Positions 20,301-35,300 of a DNA stretch of 64,000 bases are shown one piece after another. The notes under the pieces are model-generated. The model was not told where the DNA came from. It made no database searches and saw only the letters and a list, made by a program, of their open reading frames with translations. The translations under genes were made by a program, and so were the position numbers. The stretch lies in contig JAHLWR010000013.1 in NCBI GenBank assembly GCA_019057815.1, positions 32,001 to 96,000 of the forward strand. Direction: 5' to 3'. The DNA comes from Candidatus Heimdallarchaeota archaeon (GTDB lineage: Archaea > Asgardarchaeota > Heimdallarchaeia > Heimdallarchaeales > Heimdallarchaeaceae). The stretch's first letter is position 1, and each line of letters begins with the position of its first letter.

Positions 20301-23300
20301 TTATTAAACCTTAGATGATCTTGTCTCACCTTGTATTCATGGACGATTAAACTGTCTACTTGTAAACATTTGTAGGAAAATACACCTTCATTTTCTTTTA
20401 TAATGAAGAAATACGTTTTTCCCTCACTTGTAGCGTCTGCTCCTGTTGGTGATAATCTTGTTTCTGACTGTGATTTGAATAGTTTGTTAAGTATGTTTTC
20501 TGTATTTATTTTACTTTCTCCTATTAAATTATTTTTTACATCTGTTACTTCTCCCGTCACAGGATTGAGTTCTAGTGACAGAAACGGGTTTCCTATTCCA
20601 GCTATCACTTTTCTTTGTCCTTGTTTGATAATATTACGTATTTGACTTGTCATTCTCGCTTTATAATTCTCCTTTGCTTGGGGACAGTTCATAATGAATA
20701 ATGCCCCTATTAAATCGAGAGTGAGTTGTTGGGTTTCTGCCAAAGCCTTATGACCTATTAAGTAGTTTCGTATTTGTGTTAGTATATACATTCCAAAATC
20801 TAGCATAGAGTGCTCAAAGAGTAGTTGATATTGTTCATTACCAATAGAATTTCCGTCTGCAAAGACCGCATCATTATCGATTTCTTTTTCCATCTTTATA
20901 AATTCTTCAAGTAATTGGTATATTGCTGTATCTTTAATTCCCTCAGATATTGCTATCAATTCCTCTAATTCATCACCACAGATTTTCTTATTGATTGACC
21001 CATCATCATTTAAAGCTACACCTATTGTTGCTTTAGCAAGTATTTTCTTAATATTATCTTGGGCATTAATTAGTAACAAAGTCTGGTAAAATCCTGATTC
21101 TTGTATAGTATCAGGATCTATTTTTAGATTGATTTCTTCTGAACCCATTTGAATTTTGAGAAAGGTATCTCCGTTTACCTTTTCCAGTTTCATTAATTTA
21201 GTCAATTTTTCAGCGTTATTTTCACCATCTAAAAATTTAATAAAATTAGTAGCAAATCTATTCACAGCCTTAGCTGGTTTTAACAGGTCGTCTACGGTAA
21301 TCTCAAAGTAATCTCGTATTATTCTGACATCTTCATCTGATAAATTAGTTATTTCACCAGATTTCACTTTATTTAAAAGATCAATTCCGTCTTGTTCTGT
21401 AATAAGGTTGTGGAAATGTGGTCGTAATTGTAACATTTCCATTTTAGCTTTGAGTTCTAATTCTTGTGCTATCCGATTTCTATTATCTTCGTCGAATCTA
21501 AATTCGTCTAGAGTAGGTTGTCTACCGTTTGTTGTTAGTAATAGTTTTTGTACAAGTGATTGTGTAACAGGAGGTTCATAGTGATCTAAATCCTCTAAAG
21601 ATTCAGCTCCACCATAATAAGCTAAATCATTTAATATGTCGGCTGCAGGACCTAAATCATACATCCATTCCATCATCGAATGGAACCAATAATTGTGGGC
21701 AAAAGCTTGTAAGAATTTGTAAGAGCTGGTTCCTTGAGTTTTTTGTGTAATGAGAACAATTCTTTGTGAAGACATCCCTTTAGCTTTAAGTAAGAGAGAC
21801 ATAGCACTCCACATGAGTTGTTCTTTCAAACCCATTACAGTCCCTAAAAGTGTTGTATAGATCGTTTGAGGCCAAAATATTCCCCATTGTAGAAAACTTC
21901 CAACAAGTTTTGTACCAAACTCCAATAACTCTCTAGTACCAAATTTGAAAGTATTACCTAATTCTAAACTACTAAGAGCGTTTTGAGGGCTAAGTTTTTC
22001 GATATATTCTAATAACATTCTGTCAGATTGTGACCATGATGAGGGATTATCAAAATCAATATTTTTACCAACAGCCTCTTTCTTCCAGAACTCCCATTCT
22101 TTTGTGTTTTTGATTTTTTTGCTTAAAAGATCTTGAGCTTGATGTGAGGGTTCATCGATGTCACTTAAGACCATTAATATGTCCCCAGGAATTTGAGAGA
22201 TAGCCAAACCTCGAAAGAAATTGTTAGGATCGAAAATAGCGTCACGAACATCTTGCCATAAAGCTGTAATTGAGAAACGAGCAAGAAACATTTCCATAAT
22301 TGTCATGAAAGTAGATTCTTTAAGACCTGTGCCTAAATTAATTCCAGGGATAACAAAGTTGTCACTCATTCCAAAAAACATTTCATAACTAATTTCATCT
22401 TCGGCACCTATCACTTTGTAAATAACAATATCAGCAGATTGATTCAAAGAGTCGGGGTTTCGGACATCATTAGGGTTGGTAACACCTAATTTCTTTGTGT
22501 TAGGAACATAAACAGTGGAAATATTTGCACCTAGACTATCCGAGATTACAACACTAAAACCTGTTTTTCTTAGAACTTCAGCAATATATTTGACTTGGGC
22601 TGCCTCATTACCTCCAATGGCGACACCTTCAGATTTTGCTATTTCGTTAGCAATAGTCTTTAAATAAACCATAAAGAGGTTCTCACCACCAAAATTATAA
22701 TTTTCGCGGTTATGAGCTCTATAATTTAGATGAAGTAACATATCAGCGTTGGATTGAACATAGGGGTATTCTTCTTTGGAAACTATCCCAGTACAACCTC
22801 CAATATGAAATACCCATTCTAGTAAGAGAATAAAACGGAGTAAGTAATAATATTTTTTCTCTGCCCAATCCGTAAAGTCCCCTTTTAATAATGAACCTAA
22901 AGTGCGCATGAAGTCATTAAAGCTTAATTCTCCTGTCAAAAACGATTTTAATAAGTTAAAGATTGCTGTGATTTTTTGCCAGAAATTAATGAAAGAAGTC
23001 TTAATTCTATTACCCCAACTAATGAGGAAATCTTTAGTTTTACTAAATACTACTTTAGCAGAAACAAGAACGTTTCTAAAGAATTGTAAAATGTATTTTC
23101 CAGGATTGCTAAAGAACTCTACAATTTTAGCTTTGAGTGTATTAAACATTGCACTTAATCCTGAAGCTATCCAGTTTGGTCCTCCTGTCATATCTAAGAT
23201 GACCATCCCAACGAGCATTATTCCCGCAATAATAAATGTTTTCTTGACTATGAAGGTTAGAAAACGACCTTGTATGTTACCGTATAACATGAGTCCGCCT

Positions 23301-26300
23301 GTGAGTAACATTATTGAACCGAGTATAGCATATATGTGGAAGTGTTCGTCCGCGTTTTCTATCCATCTATCTAATAATTCTCCGCTCTTAAGAACATCGA
23401 TAAATTGTTTAAGAGGACAGTAGAAGTTGTATCTGAGATAGTTGATAAAGTTGTTCCAAGATGATTTAACAAACTGTAGAAAAGCACCTTCCCAATCATA
23501 ATTAAGAAGATAATCTTCTAACGTTTGTTGAGCATAGAGTAGACTTTGAGGAGTGACAGTTCTTTCATCTGGAACGACATAATCGTAAGAGAACAGTTTG
23601 AGCAAAACTTGTGAAGTGAAAATAAAGTTACCATCATAATGATTGTTAAATTCAACACTAAGAGAATTAAGGAAATGAGCAATATACATTCCATTATAAA
23701 GCACATGTAATTCTTTAGTAAGAAGGTTAATAGTAATAACTCTATCTTGTAAGGTGATACGAAATTGTGTAGTATTAAAACCTTCTACGTTGTTATCAGT
23801 GATATTAAGTACTAAGTAATCGATTGGACCAGTGTTATAGTGTTCATCAAAGAGATTCCAATATTCTATGTTAATAACATCATTCAATTCTAAAGTTGTA
23901 CCAACAGAAGTGATTTCCATTGTATAACTGTTTTCTTGAACAGCGAGTAGGTCGTGGTTAATACTAGTGTCTCCAGAGGTTGTTGCAGTGTATAATTTAA
24001 TATTTTCTAAATCCTGTGTTTGAAGGTTTTTAACTTCTAGATTGTTAATAGATTGATAATTGCTTTGTGTTGTTGTAGAACATGGTACCATCTCTTGTAG
24101 CTCTACTTTTTGTATTTGGATTTCATGGTATTCATGAGCAGTATTTTGATCGTAAATATATCCAAAGACAGCATAACCTATACCATCCGTTTCATCATAA
24201 TCAGCAACACCTATCCAGACGATTTTAACAGTGTGAATAGCTAAACCATCACAATAAAAATAGGACATGAGATATTTTTTACTAGAGTATGAACGACGGG
24301 CAATATCTACAGGAGCATAAGTGAAAGTGTTTGTTCCTCCCGTGTATTCGTCAAGAGCGAGAAATATTCTTCTTTGTCCTAATTTATCCATAAGATCTAT
24401 GTGATAATCTGTAGGTTGAGCAACAAGTGAGATAAATTCATTGATACCTTCGATAGAAAGGGTGAAGTTGAGAGAGTTGTAAGCATTTAAGTCATTTAAC
24501 ACAAAAACAAACGTGTGGAATCCAGCTGTGTGCCATGTGGTAGAAATATCATCGCCATTGTATGTGTTTGTTAAATCATAAGGTTTCATAGTAAACTGGA
24601 AATTACCATTTGCATCAGCTAACAAAAGTTCATTTCTGAATGATGAAGCATTGAAATCGTTAGGTTGACGAATAAGGAAACCATCAATGTAAATTGCTAA
24701 GAAACTAGAAAGATTGAGGTTGGAATGTAAAATATACTGCAAATCGGGAGTGATTTCGGTTAAATGTCTAATTGTTGTGCTTACAACAATCTGAGTATCG
24801 TTAGAGTAGAAACCTGAATCTATTTGTCCTAATTCTTCTATTGTACCATAATCTGTGATGGAGGAATATCCAAGTGCCATGTCATTGTAAGTGATGTTGT
24901 TAAAAATTACATCGCCTGCTAAAGGAACAGCTTTCTCGAACCATTCTGTCAAGAAGTAAGACATGGAATAGTTACTATAGATTGGGATATATTCTCCGTT
25001 CCACTCTGGAATATCTATATCTCCATTTCTGAAATATTCTCCTGTTTTATCGATATAAATATCGGGATTAGAGACCGTCCATTCAGGAATAAATGTGAAG
25101 TTGTTCGAATCCAATACTGTCTTCATCGAATCTTTGAGTAGGGTAAAGGATTTGTCAAGAACAATGTTAACTTTGAAGAAGGGTTGATAATCGTTGAAAG
25201 AACTATCATTGAAAGTCGTGTGATGGATTCTAAAAATAAAAGTATGATAACCACCGTAAAGATTGTTTAAAGGTATCTTAATTTCCTTTTCTTCATATTT
25301 ATTGGCAACATCATAAGAAAATTGATAAGAAACAGGATTATCTATGCTAAATTCAACATTAGTATTGATAATTAACGTTCCTATTGATTCTTTTTCTGTT
25401 AGTACAGTGAAAGTCATATCGAATGCAAAAACGTCTGCAAAAGTGAGGTTAAGTCTCTCTTTGAGATTAATGTACCCCAAATCATCTGAAAGAATAGGTT
25501 GCCATGTACTATCAGTATTGAGTAATGCACTTGGCGTGTTTTCAGAAGGATTGATAGTTGGAAGTATAGCATATAGATTAAAGCCTTTTAGTTCACTTGA
25601 TCCTGCAGAACAGGAGAGAGTATAATGTGTACCATCAACATAGAAATCTTTTACTTTTACTACACTATAGAAATTACTTATGTAATCATAAGGATTAGTA
25701 ACATCTAGTAAGTTTAAGGATTGTTCTGTCCCTACTTGTGTTGCACTAATGTATGCAATAAGGTTCATAAAATTCAACGAGAAATAATGCCAATCATTGT
25801 CATCTTTAATAGGTACAGCATATTCAATATGATGATAACCAGAATAATTTGTATCGTTTAAATCATAAGGATCGAAATTTGTAGATGTGAAATATAAATT
25901 GGCGAGAATTATCTCTAAATTAAGATTCTTCTCGTAATAGTTATAATCTTCCATATATGAAGCTTGGAGAGGTAAAGTTACTGTAAGTACATCTCCTTCA
26001 GCTATCTTATAATAGAATTCCAGACTATTTACTAGTGTAACATCGACACTTTCAACTGAAGGTATATCTATTAGATCCACTGAATATTTGGCATCAGATG
26101 GAAGAATATCAGGATTTGATGGGCTTGTATAGAGGAAGTTTGTTATCGTTTTGACTTTTCCTAAAGCTATTTTATCGAATTCTACTATATTATCGAAGTG
26201 GAGAGTGTATTTATGTAATCCTACAATGGAAAAGTCATCTAAGATGATAATAACAGGATGATTGGTTGTAAAAGCGTTATAATCTATGCAACGATAACCA

Positions 26301-29300
26301 AGGAATTGATCATCATCTCCATATACAGAAATATTAACAGGACCATAAAGAGGGTTAACAATTAATTGTAAGATTCCTTTACGTGCAAAATAATCCTCTG
26401 AAAAGGTGAAAAGGCCATTATCATCAACATTGTATGACCACCCTTCTAAGTCCTTATACGAAAAGTCCGAATTAATTACACCTATACTAACTTCTAGAAG
26501 GTAAAGAGTACCCGTGGTAGTTGACATAGAAACATGATAAGTATAACCTATGTCTATGTTAATGGTAGTTCCATCATACTCCCACTTTTCTTCTTTTGTA
26601 CCATCGTCTATGAATAATACTTGATAAGAGGAGTTGAAGTTGAAGGTGAGAGTGTAAATGTGTCCTGAATAGATTTGATAGTCAAGTGATTGATTATCAA
26701 AGTATAAAATGTTGTCCCTTATTTCAATATTAAAGAGTTCATTATCATTGTGAGTTGTAGTAAATACAGCATTTGTTGTATCATTGGCTATGAATGTTGT
26801 TGTAAAGGTTCCTAAACTTTCTGTATAATTACCCATAATAAAGGAGTTGCTAATGGAAGAATTGAACATTTTAAGACTATATTCTGTTTCTCCCTTTAAC
26901 CAATAACTGATCTCTCCAGCACCTTGTAATCCTCTTCCATGAGAATAAGTAAGAGGAGAAGTGTAAAATTTCCCGTTTCTAATCTCTTCAATGTAAACCA
27001 TGGTGTTTTCTGTCTGTATGAAAAGTTTGACTTTTGTACCACCATTAAGGTGAGGTTTCATGAAATTATTATGATAAAAGATTTCTTCAACTATAGATTG
27101 TCCCATATCATCTTCACTATATATACTGAAGACTACATCAGAATTTTCTTTTATTTCAATACGAATCTTAAATATCTCATCATTTTTACTAGCTTGATCA
27201 TCAAAGTAAACATGAGCAAACTCTCCTAAAATATCATAACCAAATCCACCTAAATCCCAAGCGAGAGCACATGTATGACCTAGATCGTTCATTACACCAA
27301 TATATACTCTTCGGGTGGTCTGGGTGTCCCAAACATTTTGGAAAAGATTTGATAAGGTAACAAGATAATTAACATCTTTCATATCAATATAATTTGTGCT
27401 AATTTGTCCATCGACCCATAAACCGTCTATTGACATGTAAGTATGACCTGAATCTAATGAAATATAATCACCTGTTTGTTCAGGACTGGTTGGATATATA
27501 ACTAAACTATTATAGAAGAAATTAGTCCTATTAGAATAAAAACCGATATTTGATGCTTGATAACCTTGAACAGTTACACTAGTACTCGTTGCGAACCATC
27601 TTGTAGCCATACCATATTCTCCATCATTAGCTTGTTGCATGGCTCTAACTTCATCCCATTCGCTTATACCAAAAACTCTGTAACATTTGGCATAGATATC
27701 ATATCTTACTTGCCCACTAGGGGTAATAGTTTTAACAATAGTAAGTTTGAGAGGTTGTAGATTCATGTTGTCTACAGAATTAGGTCCAGGATCTATACTA
27801 TTACCTAAATTAACTATTTTTTGCTCGAAAAGGAGTGAATAAGTGTCACTAGCACCTTGATATTGCATTATAACCAAATAAAGAGGATAAGTATAATCGA
27901 TGTCTTCTACAACTTTGAAACCTATGAACAAACCATCATAGAATGAATTAGCTATATTTTCAGTAGGTAATTCCAACATCATTCCTGCAACATCTGTTCG
28001 AATATCTCCTTCGATCCAAGTACTTGGTTGCACAGACATTTCTAGTTCGAAAATAGTATTTTCATATGGGTGTGTGTCGAGGAACGCTGCCCCAGCACCA
28101 CGTAGCATGTTATATGCATCACTATAGGAAAAACCGCCTTCTATCATTTGTAAATAAGTGTCAATATTTTCTTCAGGTGAATCGAAATAATAGACTTCTC
28201 TTTGCATATCAGTATTTTTTTCTATGAAACTTATACCATAAATTGCAGTAAAAGTCTCGTTGAGTTGGAGGATAAATCCATTTATGCTGTTGTTTACCCC
28301 ATAATCTGCTAAGCATTTTTCATCATATATGTTAAAATCAATAGTTTCATTGTCAATTATAACATTAATATAATTTGAAGCAGACAAACTTATTTGCTCA
28401 TATTCTTTAGAGAAACTGAAGGTTTTTTGTAATGTGATTGGACCATGTAAGAGTAAGGCTCCAAATACATTATCAAATGAGGGAGGTTCTAAATAGAATT
28501 GCATAAAGATTTGTAGTAACACAGAACTGTCAATAGTGTTAATAAAACTAATAGGCGAATCTACAAAACCTGAAATCCAATAGTTATTAAACATTAATGG
28601 ATTTGTTAGTTCTAAACCTTGATGTATTGTAATATTATACTCTACACCTTCTTCATTATGGTAATATGCTAACAATTTTCCACCATATCGTGGCATGGCT
28701 GTGTAATTCACTAACCATGAAGGATTGTAGGGTTGTAATCCAACCATTTCTCCCTCGGTTGTTATGTTAGTTTCTATATCTGTTGGGATAACGTCGGGAA
28801 CTACGGTGTTGTTGATAACTTCTCCAAGATATTTTCTAACAATGTCTCCATCAATCGGATTGACAATTCCTTGGTCATCTATTCCTTTACCAAAGGGTTC
28901 TGAACCAGCCCAGAATAAATTATTACCTCTCTCTATCCATTCTTGGAGCAGATATTTTTCAAATGGACGTCCATAATCATCATAGTAATAATATTTCTCT
29001 AGGAGTTTAGTAGGAAGTTCATCAAAAACTACCAAAATGTACTTTTTACTACTAGTTCGTAAGGTGTTTTTCATCCAATTCGGGAAATTTGCATCTTCAG
29101 AATAGTAATAATAAATAGGAACATCAGGATATTTAGCCTTGAAAAAACTTACAGCATTTAGTTCTTGCTGTTCTCGGGTAGGAGTGATGGCAGAACCTAT
29201 AAGAAAAACAATAGCTGTATCAATATTGTTCGCATAACCAATATCTGCATAGCTGTTTTCGTTACTTTCTTCAGTATGTAAATAATTGTACTTAGCTATC

Positions 29301-32300
29301 TTATAGACTTCTATTTTTCTAATAGTGAAGGTTGTAGGTTTATCGAAAGATATTACTAATTGTCCAACTGACTGATCGTTATTGGGGTATAATATCTCAT
29401 ACATGTTTTTATGGATTGTAACAAATCCTTGTATACGGTTAGTAAACGGTGTAATATCGTAATACTGGTTATTAACACCTAAAGATATTGAGTTATTTTC
29501 TTCTATATCGTCTGTCATTATATCAATTGCTACAAACGGATATTCTGTTACATTTACGGGGTTGAAATTGATGTATAGTCTTCCTTCATCATAACTAGTA
29601 TGGTTTACTCTTAAGATACCGTTTTCAAAACTGACATTTGTGTTAAAGGCTATTACACGTTTATCATCAAAAACATACATACTAAAGTAATATTCTTTAG
29701 TAAAAACATTTTCTACCCAACGTTTAGTAGTTGAATATTTATCAAAGTCTTCAGCCCATCCAAAGTCTGATGTAGAATACTCATAATCTTCTTCAGCTTC
29801 GGAATGACTAGTAATATCTGTTGCTTGTAAGGATAATAATTGTATTGGAATACGTCTATCAATCATTATTATAACTTCATACAGTCCTTCATATCCTATT
29901 ATAACGAGAGAATGACTATGGAAATCAAAATCATTATCTAAGAAAATAATTGAACCTACATATTGTGCGTCGTCAAGATTAAATATTCCATCGATTTCTA
30001 ATAAGAAAATGTGGAAAGTAAGTCTTTCTGTTACGTTCTCTCCAACATAATAATTTGCGAGAGCAGTTAAATATAATCGTGTTTCGTTTTTTAGAAACAT
30101 GTCATATGATGCTATAAAGTTTAGATCTTCAGGTGTTTCTCTTGTAATTATTGAACTGTTATCATATGAACTACTGCTACCCAAATCTAGATATTTGAGG
30201 CTAATAATGTTGGGGAAGATTTCATTAGTATAAATTGCAGATTGTGTGATTCTTAAAGCGAATACATCAGAATTATGGCTTACGGGAATCTCATTACTGA
30301 GTACAATAAGAGGGGCAATAGGGATATAATAATCTCCACGATATAATCCCAACAAGAGTTCAGAATCTTTTCTTCCAAATCTGAACCATATATCAGCATC
30401 GATAATACTATCATCAACATATTGAATGACTAAATACTCACCTATATAGACATTAATGGTTAGAACATCAGTAGTAATTATTTCAACCTTAAACGCTATG
30501 TTGTAGGCGTTATCTAAGAATTCAAAAGTTAGATATCCTATACAATTATAACTAATTGTTGTGTTAATATGAGCGGTCATTAAAAAGTCGTCTACAAGAA
30601 CCATATCTTTCCAGAATGTTCTTCCTTTTGGTACATAGGTAAACTGTGAGAAATCAAAGAGGGTTTTTAATCCTTCATTTAGTACATAAGGTATTTCATT
30701 AGTTGCTACATTTCCATAAGCATAAGTTGCAAAATCATCAATTGTTGCAAAATCAGTACTATAATCAGGGGCTACAAAAGATGTGATAGCATTGAAAGGA
30801 TGAGGATTATCAATAGGTAAGCTTTTTGTACAAACATATATTGCATTAATACCCATTGTGTTCGTAACCGTGTTATTTCCCAGTGAAAGTTCTTTGATTT
30901 TTATCCTATCAATATAAAGCTGTTCAATCTCATTGGTATATGTAAAAATTGTCTCAAGTTGGTTGGTTCCAGTTATGTCAGATAAAACTGACAATGTATT
31001 ACCTTCTCTCATTATCCTGAAGACATTGTTATTTATATCATTAGAATGTGAAAAACTATCTACAAGAACACGATTGATGAATAATGAGATAGTGACATGT
31101 CCTTGTTCTTCTCCTGTGAATCTAAGTTCAAAGAGATCAAGATACTGCAAATGATCTTCTAAAATAATTGAAATTATTCCATAATTTTTATCTAACAAGT
31201 AAGTAAGTCTTGTATCTAAATAAAAATCTGTTTCAAAGGTATAATCATATGCATAGACGTTTCCGTACCAATCTGTGCCATCTTGGAAAGGACGTTCAAA
31301 GTTAGTAGTAAGGTAAGTTGCATTTTGTAGGATGGTTTGAGAAGTATAGTAATTTATTCCTTTTATTTCCCAGTTTGAAAGATCAGAAAAGTGGTCATTT
31401 AAGATTACATATTCACTTTCCCACGGCGCATCGTATTGAGTGACAAGAGCATCTTTTAGGGTTATATCTCCTAACATCATTAATAGTGGTTCTGGGGACG
31501 CAAAATCAAAAGTAGTAATAATGTCAATGTTTTCAATTCTATAAGGTTCGATGTTTAAACTTAGATGAGGTACTAAAATGTCTACACTGTTAATATTACT
31601 ATAGAAAGTGAGTGTATTCCCTTCTTGTATCAAACGTAAGGAACTATATTGCAAAACTGTTTTTTGAATAGTAATAATGTCTGTTCCACTAGTAGAGTGT
31701 AAGCTTATTATTATTGAACTTCCAGTAAATTCTAGATGTAAATAACTATTCATATTATTAAGCGAAATTGTCAGACTTCCAATCTTATCGATTGATTCAA
31801 TATTTACACGGAAATCAATCATAAAATCATAATCGGAAGAAACATTTCTAGAAAACGTTATCGCAATATTTTGTGTAAGAGTGTTTAAAGGAGTTATTTT
31901 CATGTAATTGTTCTCATTTGTTATCCCTATATCAGATACATCACAGCCATCATATGATGTTAACCAGTTTCCTGCAATATATGAATTGTACATATTTTCT
32001 TCTAATACTGTATTTACAGCTGATTCCAATGCATTATATCCCGCACTATAATAATAACTGTCAACAAATAATGTATCTAGATAATAATTTGGATAATAAT
32101 GATCATAAAATATCTCTTGTGATATAGCGATTGTATCAATCAAGAAATTTGTACTGAAAGTATGTTCCAGAATAGTTGTACTTCTATCCAAGTCAGTTAT
32201 CTGTATTTCATTTTCGTTTTTCGTAATTCGTATTTTCTTGAAAATAGATGTTGTTATTGTTTCAGTATATAGGGTATCCTCATTTATAACGATTAGAAAT

Positions 32301-35300
32301 TCTGTGGCATTGTCTGTATCAGATAAATCTCGAAATATTATAGTGATTTTCTCATCTGTATTTCCAAACGAGATTTGTTGGATACCTATTGAAGTAGGAT
32401 CTTCACTTCCTAAAATTATAGCTATAAAATCAATAATAATATTTGAATCTAATTGTTGTTCATGACTTAAATATGTTCCATGGTATCCAGCTCCACTTTC
32501 TGATATCCAAAACAGATCTTTCCTCTTCAGTACATCATCTGCAAATTGAGTAGCGAGCACGTTATTTGATAAATCTACAACATTATTAGCATTAGCAGTT
32601 ACATTCCAAGCGTCAAGTGTATTGAATGTTTCACTAATTAATCTGTGGCGGAGCGTTGTATATCCAGCTTTAAATTCACATGATGCTGAGCCTAAAATAA
32701 CGCGGAATATATCATATGTTCCAGCTCTGATATTGATATTCTTAATTTGTTGAAGTAGAGCAGGGGTATCTTTTGTAATTGTAAAAACAGTTGTAGAATC
32801 TACTTGGAAAGTTACAGTAGTACTTTCCTTCTTTATTGTAAAATAGTGACTATTGCCATCTGCAAGAGCAATTTGTTCCTCATGACCGTCTATTAAAATA
32901 TAATAGGTATCAAATTTTCTTCCAACAACCAAGAAAGGCTCATTGAAATTGTTTGTTAGTTCTATTTGAACAAAATCTTCGGCGGATATTGTTGTAAAAT
33001 CAACATGTATTTGGAATGTGATATCTCCTGCTATGTTGACTTCTTTATTTAATACCATTCCATATTGTTCAGTTCCCATGTTTTCAATCAGTTTTATCTC
33101 TTGTAGTGTGCCATCGAGTTCATTGTATTCTACTTGTGTAAGATTCTCATCACCAAATCTTTCAGCTGTGAAGATATCAGATATTATTCTTGTTTGCCAT
33201 AATGATTGCCATTGCTCTGTCTGTACATCCAGTTTTGGATAAAATATTTCATTTGTTGAATCAGTATAATCATAAGGTGATTCATATCCTGAAGGTTCGT
33301 CACCATTATATACTAACATATCGTTATCGATGTAAGATGCGGTTCCTCTTCTATAATAGTCCCATGCAGGTCTGCTTTGTCCAAAAGGTGTAGCTCCTGC
33401 AAAACCTAACTCATCGATATATATAGGCCAATTGAAAGTTTCTACTATTTCTATCGAGAGTATAGATGTAAACCTAATTGTTTCAGGGTTGATGGGACAG
33501 ATTACTCTCTCAAATCCTTTACCATGCTCAATAACTGCTTTTGCAACAAGTGTTCTAGCTATTCCGTATCTATCTATATCATCTATATAGAAAGCAAGTG
33601 TAACATCCTCTGGTCCTTGATTCATCGCCCGTACGTGTAATCTATCAGCTGCGTTAGGCTCTCTGCTTTCTACGATTAATGTAGTGGTCTTGACGATACT
33701 ATTGTATCCCATAAAACCTACGTATCTTATTCCAAAATATTCATCATGGATAGAGATATATTCAGAATTTGATATGTAAACAGTAATACCTCCATTATCA
33801 TAAATAATCTCTACATTGTATTCTTCGTTCAAGAGGATGGTTTCTTTTCTTTCATAAATAGAAGTATAACCACTCGGATATAGTCTCACCAATCTTATTT
33901 TGTCTTCTGTGGTAGGATCTTTAATAAATTGTAAAGCATAACCACTATCGAAGATATTATCATAGTTAAATAATATTGAGAAGATTGATTCTGTTGTGGG
34001 ATCATTTTGAACAAAGATGAAAGAAGTTGAAAGTCTGTAAGAGTCGTTCATTTCCAAAGGTAAATAGGCTTTTGTTTTGAAATCAGTATGTGTAGTATTA
34101 AGCATTAATCCCTCTTCTGATGTGCATTGTGTATAGTTTTCATCATATACCCAGTTATCAAGATCGCAATCTGTGAAGTCTATATCATAAATGGGGATAC
34201 TGTTTTCAAGCAAATAGGATATATATCCTCCATCTTTGTTGTTATCGACAAGTAGAACGCGGTTATTAACAACTCTTATTCCACTTTGATCTGAAGTGAC
34301 ATCAGCTAATGTAGTTATTTTTGTGTCATAAAGAGATTTTGAATATTCTTCAGCATTAATTATTTCTCCTGGGGAATATCGATAATCATTTATTGTTTCA
34401 TCAATATACAAATAATTTAGTATTAATCCCGTATCTATTCCTGCTGTATTGTTGTACCAAGTTATTGCTAGTTCCAAACGGATATAATGCCCAGCCCACC
34501 ACGATAAATCAATAGTATCCATTGTTGGATAGTAGTTTAAATATTCAAATTCATCTACAATTTTGATGTTTTTATAGGGGTTGTCAGCATCGTAAATTGT
34601 CATCTCAATGTCATAGTAAACATATGGAGCATTCAATAGAGACGAAAACAGATAGTTTAGTGTAGGTTTATATACGGAAGGTATTACCATATGAAAATCG
34701 AAATAGCGTTTGCCATAAGGAGCAACAGAAGGTACGTTAAAGATTCTTGCATTATGCTCTATTCCTTCTGCTGTTACTATACCATTTTCGCAAATGTAAT
34801 CTTTTGCAGAAGGATATAGATCTTCATTAAAAGCTTTATCATTTGTTAATAGGTCGTATTTGTGAAATTGGGGAGTATATATACTTACTTCTTTAATGTT
34901 TAAATTATAACCATTCTCGTCATTATCAATGATTTTGATGGTAAGATATTGAGTATTTTTGAAGATATAATAATCTATTCTAGCACCCCTTAGATGAGTG
35001 AAACTTTCTTTTGTGAAAAATATTTTGGAAGTATTGGTATCAGATATAATCAATTTATCTATTGGATCAGCACCATTTGTAGGTGTTTCTACGGTAAGTA
35101 GCAGCTCGCTTTCTCCATTCCAACTGCTAATATCAACAACTTTTGTAGCATAACCGTTATCTGGTATATGTAGGTTATCATACCATGTTTCAAGGTTATC
35201 GCCTTTCCAACCCAAAATAGATTCGTGAAAATATGAGTCTTTCACAAAATAATATCCATTATCAAATGTATTTGGAGTTGTAATTAATATTCCTGATACA

